Translations under genes and position numbers: made by a program | Part shown: positions 1 to 9,207 of the stretch, one piece after another | Layout: every line of letters starts with the position of its first letter | Position numbering within the stretch: the first letter of the stretch is position 1 | Notes under the pieces: model-generated | What the model was told of the DNA's origin: nothing | What the model saw: only the letters and a program-made list of their open reading frames with translations | Database searches by the model: none | NCBI GenBank assembly: GCA_965216755.1 | Contig: CBDCGL010000011.1 | Span: 3,360,001-3,424,000 of the forward strand | DNA: 64,000 nucleotides | From: Alphaproteobacteria bacterium | Lineage (GTDB): Bacteria; Pseudomonadota; Alphaproteobacteria; UBA7887 | Direction of reading: 5' to 3'

Positions 1-97
1 CGAGGCCGAGTTTTTTGCCATAGCCGATTCGTTTCGCTCGCCACATTTGTGGCGGCTGACGCCCGATGGATGGCAATTGCGCCATGTGGTGACGTGA
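1..97 (+). CDS. 3' end of N-acetyl sugar amidotransferase (WbuX/PseA/WbpG-like), partial
   Basis: Frame from base 2 reads EAEFFAIADSFRSPHLWRLTPDGWQLRHVVT*, resembling the FRSPHLW...W.LRH C-terminus of this family; TGA 95-97 overlaps the next GTG (GTGA). Not in the ORF track. Confidence 0.65.
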   Translation, partial: EAEFFAIADSFRSPHLWRLTPDGWQLRHVVT

Positions 98-804
98 CCG
101 CGGCGGGTGGACTTCTCATTGTGGTACCCGCCCGTGGCGGTTCCAAGCGCTTGCCTGGCAAGAATCTGGCGCGGATCGCCGGACATAGTTTGCTGGCCCA
201 TACGGCGGCGGTCATACGGGTCGCCGGCCTGTCGGCGCCGGTCGTGTTGAGCACCGATGACGACGACATCGCGGCAGAAGGAGCACGGCTCGGTTGGCAC
301 GTGCCTTTTCGCCGGCCGGCGCGTTTGTCGGACGATCAGGCGACCACTGTGGATACGGTGCGTCACGCGGTCGATTCCTATCGTGCGGCAACAGACTATA
401 ACCCTGACACCGTCATGGTGTTACAAGCAACATCGCCGTTTCGCCCGCCAAACTTGCTGTCCGAAGCGGTCGACATCCTGCGGTTGCGGCCCGCCGTGGA
501 TGCGGTCGTCGCCATCAGTCCGTTGGCGCGCAGCCCGCGCACTGTGTTCCGGTGCCAAGACGGCGATTCCCTGGTGCCGGTTGGCGACGACACTGCGCCG
601 CTGTATACGCCCAACGGCGCTTTGTACCTGATTCGTTCAACTGTTCTCTCTGTGTACCAAGATTTTTTTCCGCCGCGCACCGTTGGGGTGCCGGTGACGC
701 GCGATCGGGCGCTCGATATCGATACGGTCGACGACCTTGCTTTGGCGGCGCTGATGGCCGCTGACCGACCGAACTTGGTCGCCGCTGCGGGGCTGACGCC
801 GTGA
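94..804 (+). CDS. Acylneuraminate cytidylyltransferase (CMP-nonulosonate synthetase, NeuA/PseF family)
   Basis: PARGGSKRLPGKN, STDD, LQATSPFR, NGALY and DIDT motifs; start moved to GTG 94, coupled to the upstream stop. Confidence 0.9.
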   Translation: MTAAGGLLIVVPARGGSKRLPGKNLARIAGHSLLAHTAAVIRVAGLSAPVVLSTDDDDIAAEGARLGWHVPFRRPARLSDDQATTVDTVRHAVDSYRAATDYNPDTVMVLQATSPFRPPNLLSEAVDILRLRPAVDAVVAISPLARSPRTVFRCQDGDSLVPVGDDTAPLYTPNGALYLIRSTVLSVYQDFFPPRTVGVPVTRDRALDIDTVDDLALAALMAADRPNLVAAAGLTP

Positions 805-2645
805 AGCGCGTGCTGCCCTACTTGTTGCCGCCGGAATGGCGCAATCAGCTGCGCACATTGCGGCACCTGAATCTGATCTTTTGGCCCGACGCGCTGATTA
901 TTGGTGCCAGCGGCGTAGCGGCGTTGGCGTTCGAAGTGTTCAGCGTCGCGATGATCTTGCCATTGCTGGACTATATCGAAGCGGGCCGCGACATAGCGGT
1001 GTTGACCGCGCGATCGCAGTTATGGCGCATGATCGCCGACGTTGCCGGCGTGCTAAACGTGCCGATATCTTTGGCATCGCTGTCGGCGACCATCGTTGTT
1101 CTGGTGGTGCTGCGCCAAATCGCCAATTACATCCATATGCTGCAGGTCATTCGGATCAAGCAACGCGTTGGCCGCGATTTGTCGGCGACGTGTTTTCGCG
1201 CGGTTCTCGAGAGCAGCGCGGCATTCATGAAAGATGTTAATTCGGGCAAATTCGTCAATTTGCTTAACAATCAGTGCCAGCATGTGGCGTCACTGATCCG
1301 CAGCTATGCGGCGATCGTGCAGACATTGTTGTCGTTCTTGGCCTATGGCACGGTCATGGTGGTGACCGCGCCCGGCGCCAGTTTGTTGGCACTGGCCGTG
1401 GCGGTATTGGTGGTGTTGAGCTTGAGCCGCTATATCCGCATGTCGCGGCGAATCAGCCAGCGTACCATGCAGGTGCGCCGTGAATTCTGTGGCTTTATGG
1501 CCGAACGCCATCAAGCGTGGCCGGTCATCAAATTGTCCGACACGCTGCCCACCGAGACCGAGAAATTCATCGCGTGGGCACAGCGGTTCTTTCATCTCAG
1601 CGTCGATTTGCAACGGGTCGCCGGGCGCATCCAATTGATTGTGGCGCCGCTGATGACGGCATGCGCGTTGGCCGCGCTCTATGGCGGTGTCGAATATTTC
1701 GCTCTCAGCCTATCGGTTGTCACGCTTTTTGTTCTGATGATCTTGCGTTTGGTGCCGGTCGCCCAAGGCTTGGCCAACCAACGGCAGGCCTTGGCGACCC
1801 ATGGCGCTGCGCTTGACGAGGTGGTCGAAACACTCGCGGCGGCGCGCCAACATCGCGAGCGGGATACCGGAACCGCGCAGTTCGAAGGTGTGGCTAAAGC
1901 CATTACCTTCCGCAATGTCCATTTTCGCTATGCAACCAGTGACCGCGCTGCGATCAATGGCGTCGATGTCACCATCCCGGCGGCGGCGATGACCGCGGTG
2001 ATGGGCCCATCGGGGGCCGGCAAGTCGACCCTGGTTGATATGATCCCGCGTCTGGTGGGGCCCGACAGCGGCACGATCTTACTCGACGGCCAGCCGCTTG
2101 AGTCTTTCACATTGTCCAGTTTGCGCCGCGGTATTTCCTATGCCCCGCAACAGCACTTTGTATTCAACGCTTCGGTGACCGAGAACGTGCGCTATGGCCG
2201 ACCGGACGCCGCCGAAGCCGACGTTAGGGCGGCGTGCGAGGCCGCGCACGCGGCGTCGTTTATCGAACGATTGCCGCAAGGCTACGATACCCTGTTGGGC
2301 GAAAGTGGCGGGCGGCTGTCCGGAGGGCAACGCCAGCGGATCGCGCTGGCGCGGGCGTTTGTATCGCGCGCGCGCATTTTGATTTTGGACGAGCCGACCA
2401 GCGAGTTGGACTATGAGTCGGAGCGGGAGATCCGCGCGGCACTGGAAACCATGGTGCGCGCCGCGGGCATGACCGTGATCGTCGTCGCCCATCGCATGAG
2501 TACGGTGCGCAGCGCCGACCACGTCGTCGTTTTGACCGACGGACGCGTGCTGGAACAAGGACCGCCGGCGGCGCTTGGTCATGACGATCAGTGGTACGGC
2601 GCCATGTTGGCGCTGGACCGCGGCGCGTCGGCAGCGGCTGAATGA
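801..2645 (+). CDS. ABC exporter, fused TMD-NBD (MsbA/PglK-like, probable glycan flippase)
   Basis: N-terminal TM helices; Walker A GPSGAGKST, signature LSGGQRQR, Walker B ILILDE, AHR switch. Confidence 0.9.
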   Translation: MKRVLPYLLPPEWRNQLRTLRHLNLIFWPDALIIGASGVAALAFEVFSVAMILPLLDYIEAGRDIAVLTARSQLWRMIADVAGVLNVPISLASLSATIVVLVVLRQIANYIHMLQVIRIKQRVGRDLSATCFRAVLESSAAFMKDVNSGKFVNLLNNQCQHVASLIRSYAAIVQTLLSFLAYGTVMVVTAPGASLLALAVAVLVVLSLSRYIRMSRRISQRTMQVRREFCGFMAERHQAWPVIKLSDTLPTETEKFIAWAQRFFHLSVDLQRVAGRIQLIVAPLMTACALAALYGGVEYFALSLSVVTLFVLMILRLVPVAQGLANQRQALATHGAALDEVVETLAAARQHRERDTGTAQFEGVAKAITFRNVHFRYATSDRAAINGVDVTIPAAAMTAVMGPSGAGKSTLVDMIPRLVGPDSGTILLDGQPLESFTLSSLRRGISYAPQQHFVFNASVTENVRYGRPDAAEADVRAACEAAHAASFIERLPQGYDTLLGESGGRLSGGQRQRIALARAFVSRARILILDEPTSELDYESEREIRAALETMVRAAGMTVIVVAHRMSTVRSADHVVVLTDGRVLEQGPPAALGHDDQWYGAMLALDRGASAAAE

Positions 2646-3613
2646 ACACCGGCACGGGTTCTGAAGACCTGGCCCAGTGGGGTGAGACCGACACCGCGTT
2701 TCATCCTTTGGTTGTCAGTGGGCCGCCGCGTTCGGGCACGACTCTGCTCTATAGTTTGTTTGATCATCATCCCGATGTGTTCTGGTTGGTGACGGAAGGT
2801 TATCTGTTCGAATATCTCTATGACATGCCGCAGCAGGCGACGGCACAGTTTGTCGATGCTCTATCCCTCTCCGTGCCGGCGATCATCGATGGCTTGCGCG
2901 CCAAGCATGTCATGCCGCCTTTGCATCAAAACGTTCGCTTAGGGACCACCAATCCCGTCATCGCCCAGGAAACGGTTGCCCCGGCGTGGTCGGATACGGC
3001 GTTCGAAGCTGCGTTCGCCGGCGCGCCGGTCCGCGATGTCGCCGAGCTGTGGTATCGGTTGGCGCGTGCCTACGCCGCCGCGCTCGACAGCCCGCCGAAA
3101 AGGTTTTGTTGCATCAAAGCGCCGGACTATGGCCGATCCGCCGTGGTTGCCACGACACATATCGCGGCGGCCAAGGCGATCATTATTGTGCGCCATCCGT
3201 TGCGGGCGTTGGACAGTCTCAAGCGCGTCCGCGAACTGCGCGACGACGAGGCAAAGCGCTTGACCTGGCCGGTCTTGGCCCGTTGTGTCGCCGACATGAA
3301 CGCCATGGCCGCGCGTCTGGCGGCGTGCGACCCGGACCGCGTGACATGGTTACGCTACGAGGGTTTGACCGCCGATCCGCAGTCGACCATGCGCGGCTTG
3401 GCACAGTGGGCGGGATTGCAGTATTGCGAGACGCTGGCACGGCCGAGCGCGTTCGGCCGCGACACGCCAAGCAATTCAAGTTTCGCGGCTGTTCACGGCA
3501 TCCGCAACGACGGCGAGGACCGGGCATTACAACGGCTCACCGATGAAGAGGTGGATTATATTTTGCGTAACACCGAAACGTTTCGCCGTTTTTTCGCCTA
3601 TCCAGACACTTAG
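2642..3613 (+). CDS. PAPS-dependent sulfotransferase family protein
   Basis: 5'-PSB loop GPPRSGTTLL, 3'-PB motif VRHPLRALDS, LRYE motif. Confidence 0.85.
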   Translation: MNTGTGSEDLAQWGETDTAFHPLVVSGPPRSGTTLLYSLFDHHPDVFWLVTEGYLFEYLYDMPQQATAQFVDALSLSVPAIIDGLRAKHVMPPLHQNVRLGTTNPVIAQETVAPAWSDTAFEAAFAGAPVRDVAELWYRLARAYAAALDSPPKRFCCIKAPDYGRSAVVATTHIAAAKAIIIVRHPLRALDSLKRVRELRDDEAKRLTWPVLARCVADMNAMAARLAACDPDRVTWLRYEGLTADPQSTMRGLAQWAGLQYCETLARPSAFGRDTPSNSSFAAVHGIRNDGEDRALQRLTDEEVDYILRNTETFRRFFAYPDT

Positions 3614-3631
3614 CCGCATGGAGCCTTAGGC

Positions 3632-5212
3632 GTGGAACAAGATATTAAAGAGCCGGCGACGGATACGCGCACGGCCATCGAAGACCAGCCGCCGCCGCCG
3701 CGATGCGTCATGATTTCCGCCTTGACGCTTTACGAATGGCTGAATACAGCGATCAGCGACGTGATGCGGCGCCGTTATGGTACGCGCTTCGTGGTGTTGG
3801 TGGGCAGTCCGCGTCAGGCACAGACCGTGGCGCGCTGGTGCCGCGAGGACGATCGGATCATCCAAATGGATGACATCGCGGCCGACAGCCGCGCGTTGTC
3901 GGGGACGCTCTCAGACGACGATGTCTTCGCGCAAGCGCGCGCCATCGAGGCGCGCTATGAAATCGCTTACTTTCGCGACGTGGTGCAACAGGATCGCACC
4001 ATCTATGGCGGGTACTTGGCGTATGCCGATGGGCCTTTGGCGGACGTGAAACCGCCGGCCGCGGTCGATCTGTGCCGCCAAATCAACGGCTACTTTGCCA
4101 TGTTCGAAAAGCTGTTCGCGGCGCACGGCGTCGATTTGGTATTGAGCCGCCCGGGCAGTCTTATGGACACCAGCGCTCTATACGTGGCCATGGGCCAAGG
4201 ACTACCGGTGACCATGGCCCGCCATGCCCGGATCGGTTCAAAGGTCACCTGGACGTTTGGGCCCTACAGCAACGGATATTTGGCGCAGCAACGTTACGAA
4301 CAGACGCCGGAGACCGCGGCCGTGCCATTGGATCAGGTGCGACCGCCCAGCAGCGCAGCCAAGGTTTTCGCCGCATTTACGACGCGCTATGGCTGGCGGG
4401 GCGTGGCCAAGGAACTGTTGGTGATGAGCCACACCTATTTGGTGAAGTATTTTATTCCGTTTTTGAAGACAGGGCGTTTTAATGCCATGCGGCCCTATCG
4501 CAAGGCGATCTTCGGCATTCTGAAAACCGCCCGCGCGGCCCGCTGGATGAAGGGTGTTGCGATCGCGGATTTGGATCGGATCGCGGAACAACCATTTGTT
4601 TTCTTTCCTTTGCCCAAGGAACCGGAATATACCGTGCAGTCGTTGGCACGGAATTTCAGTAACGTCCAAGCCATGATCGAACAACTGTCGCTGTCATTGC
4701 CGGCCGGCTTTCGTCTGGTCGTCAAGGAGCATTCGCGGCTCGGCGACCGGCGGCGGACGTTTTATCGTGACCTTTTGAAGTTGCCCAACGTCGTATTTGC
4801 AGACCCGACTCTGCCGGGCGTTGACGTCAGCGCGCGCGCATGTGCCGTCGCCACGGTCGCTGGCACCGCGGCCTTTGAGGCCTTATCGCTGGGCAAACCG
4901 GCGATTGTTTTCGCCAGCGACGTCGAATACGGTTTTCTCCCAGATATTTATTTGGTGAGGCAATTTGCCGACCTGCCGATGATCGTACGCCACGCGGTTG
5001 CCGAACGTAGCGCGGCCAAGGCGTTGGCCACGCGCCAGGCCGCGGCGCGCTTTCGCGCCGCCTATGGTCAGTTGTCTTTCGACGCTGACGGCACCAAGGC
5101 TTTTGGTGGCACGGCGGCGTTGCCCATGGACCAAGCCGAACGCGCGGTCGATTTATTGCTGGAGACGGCCAGCGCCGCGCGCGCTTATCTCGCCGCCGGC
5201 AACAAGCTGTAA
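3632..5212 (+). CDS. Capsule polysaccharide biosynthesis protein (KpsS/KpsC-like putative ulosonate transferase)
   Basis: C-terminal FFPLPKEPE, VVKEH and TVAGTAAFEALSLGKP motifs typical of the family. Confidence 0.65.
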   Translation: MEQDIKEPATDTRTAIEDQPPPPRCVMISALTLYEWLNTAISDVMRRRYGTRFVVLVGSPRQAQTVARWCREDDRIIQMDDIAADSRALSGTLSDDDVFAQARAIEARYEIAYFRDVVQQDRTIYGGYLAYADGPLADVKPPAAVDLCRQINGYFAMFEKLFAAHGVDLVLSRPGSLMDTSALYVAMGQGLPVTMARHARIGSKVTWTFGPYSNGYLAQQRYEQTPETAAVPLDQVRPPSSAAKVFAAFTTRYGWRGVAKELLVMSHTYLVKYFIPFLKTGRFNAMRPYRKAIFGILKTARAARWMKGVAIADLDRIAEQPFVFFPLPKEPEYTVQSLARNFSNVQAMIEQLSLSLPAGFRLVVKEHSRLGDRRRTFYRDLLKLPNVVFADPTLPGVDVSARACAVATVAGTAAFEALSLGKPAIVFASDVEYGFLPDIYLVRQFADLPMIVRHAVAERSAAKALATRQAAARFRAAYGQLSFDADGTKAFGGTAALPMDQAERAVDLLLETASAARAYLAAGNKL

Positions 5213-5247
5213 CGTTAGTCCCCGATGCGATCCCTGGAGCATAAACT

Positions 5248-6261
5248 GTGACCACATCCACCCGCCCGTCGCTTGACGACAAATCGATCCTTGTCACCGG
5301 CGGGACGGGGTCGTTCGGCCAGCGTTTTGTCGATACAATTGTGTCACAGCATCGGCCACGCCGCTTGATCGTGTTCTCGCGGGATGAAGCCAAGCAATAT
5401 GAAATGGCGCAGCGTTTTGATATGGTGCGCTATCCGTTTCTTCGCTATTTTATTGGCGATGTGCGCGATGCCGATCGGCTGGAGATGGCGATGCGTGACA
5501 TCGATATCGTTATCCATGCGGCGGCGCTGAAGCATGTCCCGGTGGCTGAATACAATCCGTTCGAATGCATCCACACCAATGTGCTGGGGGCAGAGAATGT
5601 GGTGCGGGCGGCGATCCGCAGCGGCGTCAAACAGACCTTGGCCCTGTCGACCGACAAAGCCTGCAGTCCGATCAATCTTTATGGCGCGAGCAAATTGGCG
5701 GCCGACAAGATATTTGTCGCCGCGAACAATCTTAGTCCGAAGGACGGCACGCAATTTTCGGTCGTGCGCTATGGCAACGTTCTCGGCTCGCGCGGCAGCG
5801 TCGCGCCTTTGTTCCAGCGCCTGGTGCGCGAGGGCGCCGATCACTTGCCGATTACCGATGCGCGCATGACCAGGTTTTGGATCACGCTGCAAAACGGTGT
5901 CGATTTCGTGCTCAGTTGCATTGACCAAATGGTTGGCGGCGAGATTTTCGTGCCTAAGATCCCGAGTATGCGCGTGGTCGACTTGGCGCGCGCGATCGGG
6001 CCGAGCCTGCCCCACAAGATGGTCGGGATTCGGCCCGGCGAGAAGCTGCATGAAGTCTTAATCACCGAAGACGACGCGCGCAATACGTTGGAGTTAGAGG
6101 ACCGCTATATCATCCAGCCGGTGTTTCAGTATTGGACACGCCAACGTTTGGCGAGCGATGCTGCCAGAGCCGTTGACGAATCGTTTCGTTATGCCAGCGA
6201 CACGAATGAAAATTGGCTCGATCCGGCGCAATTGGCGCGCCTGATGGCGCAACCACAATGA
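5248..6261 (+). CDS. pseB: UDP-N-acetylglucosamine 4,6-dehydratase (inverting)
   Basis: TGGTGSFG, FSRDE, AAALKHVP, LSTDKA, YGASK, RYGNVLGSRGSV, GIRPGEKLHE. Confidence 0.93.
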   Translation: MTTSTRPSLDDKSILVTGGTGSFGQRFVDTIVSQHRPRRLIVFSRDEAKQYEMAQRFDMVRYPFLRYFIGDVRDADRLEMAMRDIDIVIHAAALKHVPVAEYNPFECIHTNVLGAENVVRAAIRSGVKQTLALSTDKACSPINLYGASKLAADKIFVAANNLSPKDGTQFSVVRYGNVLGSRGSVAPLFQRLVREGADHLPITDARMTRFWITLQNGVDFVLSCIDQMVGGEIFVPKIPSMRVVDLARAIGPSLPHKMVGIRPGEKLHEVLITEDDARNTLELEDRYIIQPVFQYWTRQRLASDAARAVDESFRYASDTNENWLDPAQLARLMAQPQ

Positions 6262-7301
6262 TGCACGCAATTGGCGCACAACCCGCGGCACCCAACGTGA
6301 CACCACGCTGGGGATTTCGCGTCGCCTCCAGCCCAACAGTCGGTGCTGGCCACATGGTCCGCAGTCTGGCTGTGGCGCAGGCGATCGGGGCGCCGGTCCA
6401 TTTTTTTGTCGATCCCGATAGTCAGTGGGACACCGCCTTGGCCGCTGGCGATTTCGCGTCGACCAAGGAAAACGCGACGCATAGCGTTGCCGCGTTATTC
6501 GAAGCGGTCGTGGCCGGCCAAGTGAATGCGGTTTTGTTTGATGGCTATGGATTTCGCGAACGCGTGATCGAAACCGTCAGCCGCAAGGCTTTTACGGCGG
6601 CCTTCTCCGATGATGGTGTCGGCCGGCCAGCGACATTGCTGATCAATCCATGCCCGGACGGACGCCGCGACGATCGAACCCTGACCGGTTTGGAATACGC
6701 ACCCCTGGCCGCCGCCTATGCTGACATGCACAGCCGCGCCTATCGGCGCAGCGACGCCGAAGCACCACATGTGCTGATCGCATTCGGCAGCCGCGACAGC
6801 AGCAACTGTACGGGCCTCGCTTTGGATGCCCTGACCGCGGTCGATGCTCCGCTTCCCGTGACCGTTGTGCTCGGCGCGCGGGCGCCGCACCAGGCTGAGG
6901 TTCGGCGCCAAATCGCCGCCCTGCCGCAGGCGCAGTTGTTGATCGATTGCGACGATATGGCAAGCCTCTACATGTCGGCGACGTTGGCCATCGGTGCGCC
7001 CGGCGTGTCATTTTTCGAACGCATGTGTTGTGGTCTGCCGTCGATCTTGGTGTTGCAGAACGCCACCCAGCGACCGGTGGCGCGCTGGGCGCGCGACCGG
7101 GATGTCGCGGCCGTGGCGGAAACGGATAGCGCCGCAGTTGCAACTGTTCTGCGTCGGGTGATGGACGATGCAACATGGCGCCGGGCGGTACGGCGGCGGG
7201 GCCTTGAGTGGGTCGATGGACGGGGCGCCGATCGGCTCGCCGCGGCGTTGAATGCGCGCGCGGCAGGGGCGGCGCGGAGTGCGTCGTCGTCAACGGGATA
7301 A
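6258..7301 (+). CDS. PseG/SpsG-like UDP-sugar hydrolase
   Basis: GAGHMVRSLAVA (catalytic His motif), FDGY, FGSRD, GAPGVSFFER; ATG 6258 overlaps the pseB stop. Confidence 0.75.
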   Translation: MMHAIGAQPAAPNVTPRWGFRVASSPTVGAGHMVRSLAVAQAIGAPVHFFVDPDSQWDTALAAGDFASTKENATHSVAALFEAVVAGQVNAVLFDGYGFRERVIETVSRKAFTAAFSDDGVGRPATLLINPCPDGRRDDRTLTGLEYAPLAAAYADMHSRAYRRSDAEAPHVLIAFGSRDSSNCTGLALDALTAVDAPLPVTVVLGARAPHQAEVRRQIAALPQAQLLIDCDDMASLYMSATLAIGAPGVSFFERMCCGLPSILVLQNATQRPVARWARDRDVAAVAETDSAAVATVLRRVMDDATWRRAVRRRGLEWVDGRGADRLAAALNARAAGAARSASSSTG

Positions 7302-7314
7302 TCTCGTCATCGCC

Positions 7315-9207
7315 ATGATGACCCTGTGTTTCGTCGATAGTCTGGACGGTGTGCATCGGGCCCAGGCCATCGCCAAGGACTGCGTGCTTGCCAGCGATAA
7401 TCCACTTCTGGCGCATGATCCCGCCGTGGCTGGGCGCATCGACGATACCAGCCGATATCTGGATCAGCGTGCCGCGACGCGGCTGGGCCATCGCGCCATA
7501 GATATTTTGTTGGCTATCGATGAGGCGTTAGAGAAGCATGATGCGGCGGCTCGGTATGGCGGACGAACCAGCCCCGTCAATGTCACAATCGTCATGCGCG
7601 CATTGTTGGCCACGTTGATGCAGCGGGGCACCATGGCCGCGGCGGCGGCGCGCGCCAACGGCGATGGCATGCTCCACATCATGGGTCTTGACGCGCCGCG
7701 CTGGATGGTGCGCCATCCGTGGACTCTACCGCGCTTTGCCTCGCCCTTGCGGCCGTTGGCCGAACACGGCTTCTTCGGCAATCGCCGATGGCGGTTCGAC
7801 CCGGTGGCCACGACCGTGCCGGCGGCGGTCAATGACACCGCCGTCGACGATCCCTTGTTGCGCGCGCGCGTATTGCCCATGTCGGTGTTGGCCTATGAAG
7901 CCGCGCATCGTATCGGGTTGACTCGCATCGGTTGGCGGCGCGGCGTGGCGGTCGGCAAATCCAGCGAAGCGTTGCGCGAGACGTTGCCGTGGCTTGCCCT
8001 GCGCGGCCACCGGTTGGCCCGTTTCAACGTGCCGGATTACGCAGGTGCCGCGCCCCCCAGTTACGATGTCGAACCGACGATCGACCCATGGTTGAACAGA
8101 CTTGTCGCCCCCATCGTGGCGCGTGGTGCCACGGTTGACGGTTTGCTGTCAGCGGCCGAAGGTCATGCGATCGGCCGCACTTTTATGGTCTATTTGAGTG
8201 CCGGTATGGCGTCATTGGCGCAGACGGTCGCGCGCTTGGACCAAGCCCTGGAAAACAGTTTCAACGGTTACGATCGTCGTCGGGCTTTGGTGACCAGCGG
8301 CATCTATGGTCCCATGGGCACGCAGCTTCACGCGCTTTGTCGATCGCGTCGCGTGCCTGTGATCGATTTCGAGCATGGCGCCACGACGGGCTTGGCCCAT
8401 ACATCTGAACGTCGCCTGCGAGTTTCGGAAGCCAGCAGTTGTGACTTGTTGGCGGTGTCTTCGGATCGCGCGGCGGGCTCGTTTCGCAAAGCGCGCCGCG
8501 ATGATAGGCCGCGCATCCAGGTGATCGGTTTGGCCGATCAGACCAGGCGGGTTTTGGGGCGTGGTCTACAGCGCCAGCGCGCGCGCCGGCGCCTGGGACT
8601 TGGACCCCGTGATGTTGCGGTCATGCATATCTCGACATTGCTGTATGGCGGCAACATGCGGCCGGGCGATGACAGTCCCACGGAAAGTTATGTGTTTGAA
8701 ACGGAAAAAACGCTGTTAACCGAGGTCTATGGCGATAACGGCAAATCGGTTCTATTCAAACCCTATCCGACCCAACGATTCGTTCACCAACCATCATATG
8801 ACATGCTGTTCGATTTGCCGCCTGGTGTGCGATTGATCGATTGGGCGGACTTCCGTTATGTGCGCGCCGCCGCCGATATCATTGTCACCGGGGCCAACAG
8901 CAGCACCATCGGGTGGTGCGTTGGCGCGGACGTCCCGTTGGTGCATCTCGGTTCACGGATCGTCCACCGCCTGGTCGATGATGCCTTGGCAGATGCATTC
9001 CGCGCGGCGTTTTTTTGTGTCGATATGGATGCGGCCGACTGGCCGACACGGCTGCGCGACCTGTTAGGGCACGAGCTGTCGTGGTTTCAGGATGGCTGGC
9101 GGGAAATGCGCGCGGCGCGGCGGGCGCTGTTAACCGAAGGGATCGTTGGTCCGCAAGGGTCGGTGGGGCGCCGCGCGGCGCGGTTAGTCGAGGCAAGTCT
9201 TGCCTGA
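7315..9207 (+). CDS. Uncharacterised GT-B-like surface carbohydrate protein
   Basis: ~630 aa ORF inside the operon; FEHG, KPYP and ADIIVTGANSSTIGW resemble GT-B ulosonate/polyol-phosphate transferase motifs; start uncertain. Confidence 0.55.
   Translation: MMTLCFVDSLDGVHRAQAIAKDCVLASDNPLLAHDPAVAGRIDDTSRYLDQRAATRLGHRAIDILLAIDEALEKHDAAARYGGRTSPVNVTIVMRALLATLMQRGTMAAAAARANGDGMLHIMGLDAPRWMVRHPWTLPRFASPLRPLAEHGFFGNRRWRFDPVATTVPAAVNDTAVDDPLLRARVLPMSVLAYEAAHRIGLTRIGWRRGVAVGKSSEALRETLPWLALRGHRLARFNVPDYAGAAPPSYDVEPTIDPWLNRLVAPIVARGATVDGLLSAAEGHAIGRTFMVYLSAGMASLAQTVARLDQALENSFNGYDRRRALVTSGIYGPMGTQLHALCRSRRVPVIDFEHGATTGLAHTSERRLRVSEASSCDLLAVSSDRAAGSFRKARRDDRPRIQVIGLADQTRRVLGRGLQRQRARRRLGLGPRDVAVMHISTLLYGGNMRPGDDSPTESYVFETEKTLLTEVYGDNGKSVLFKPYPTQRFVHQPSYDMLFDLPPGVRLIDWADFRYVRAAADIIVTGANSSTIGWCVGADVPLVHLGSRIVHRLVDDALADAFRAAFFCVDMDAADWPTRLRDLLGHELSWFQDGWREMRAARRALLTEGIVGPQGSVGRRAARLVEASLA

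Noticed and set aside
663-9016. T7 homopolymers in glycan genes (663-669, 6401-6407, 9010-9016) as phase-variation tracts
   Set aside because: Short, reading frames are intact, and similar runs occur in non-glycan genes (e.g. 39331)
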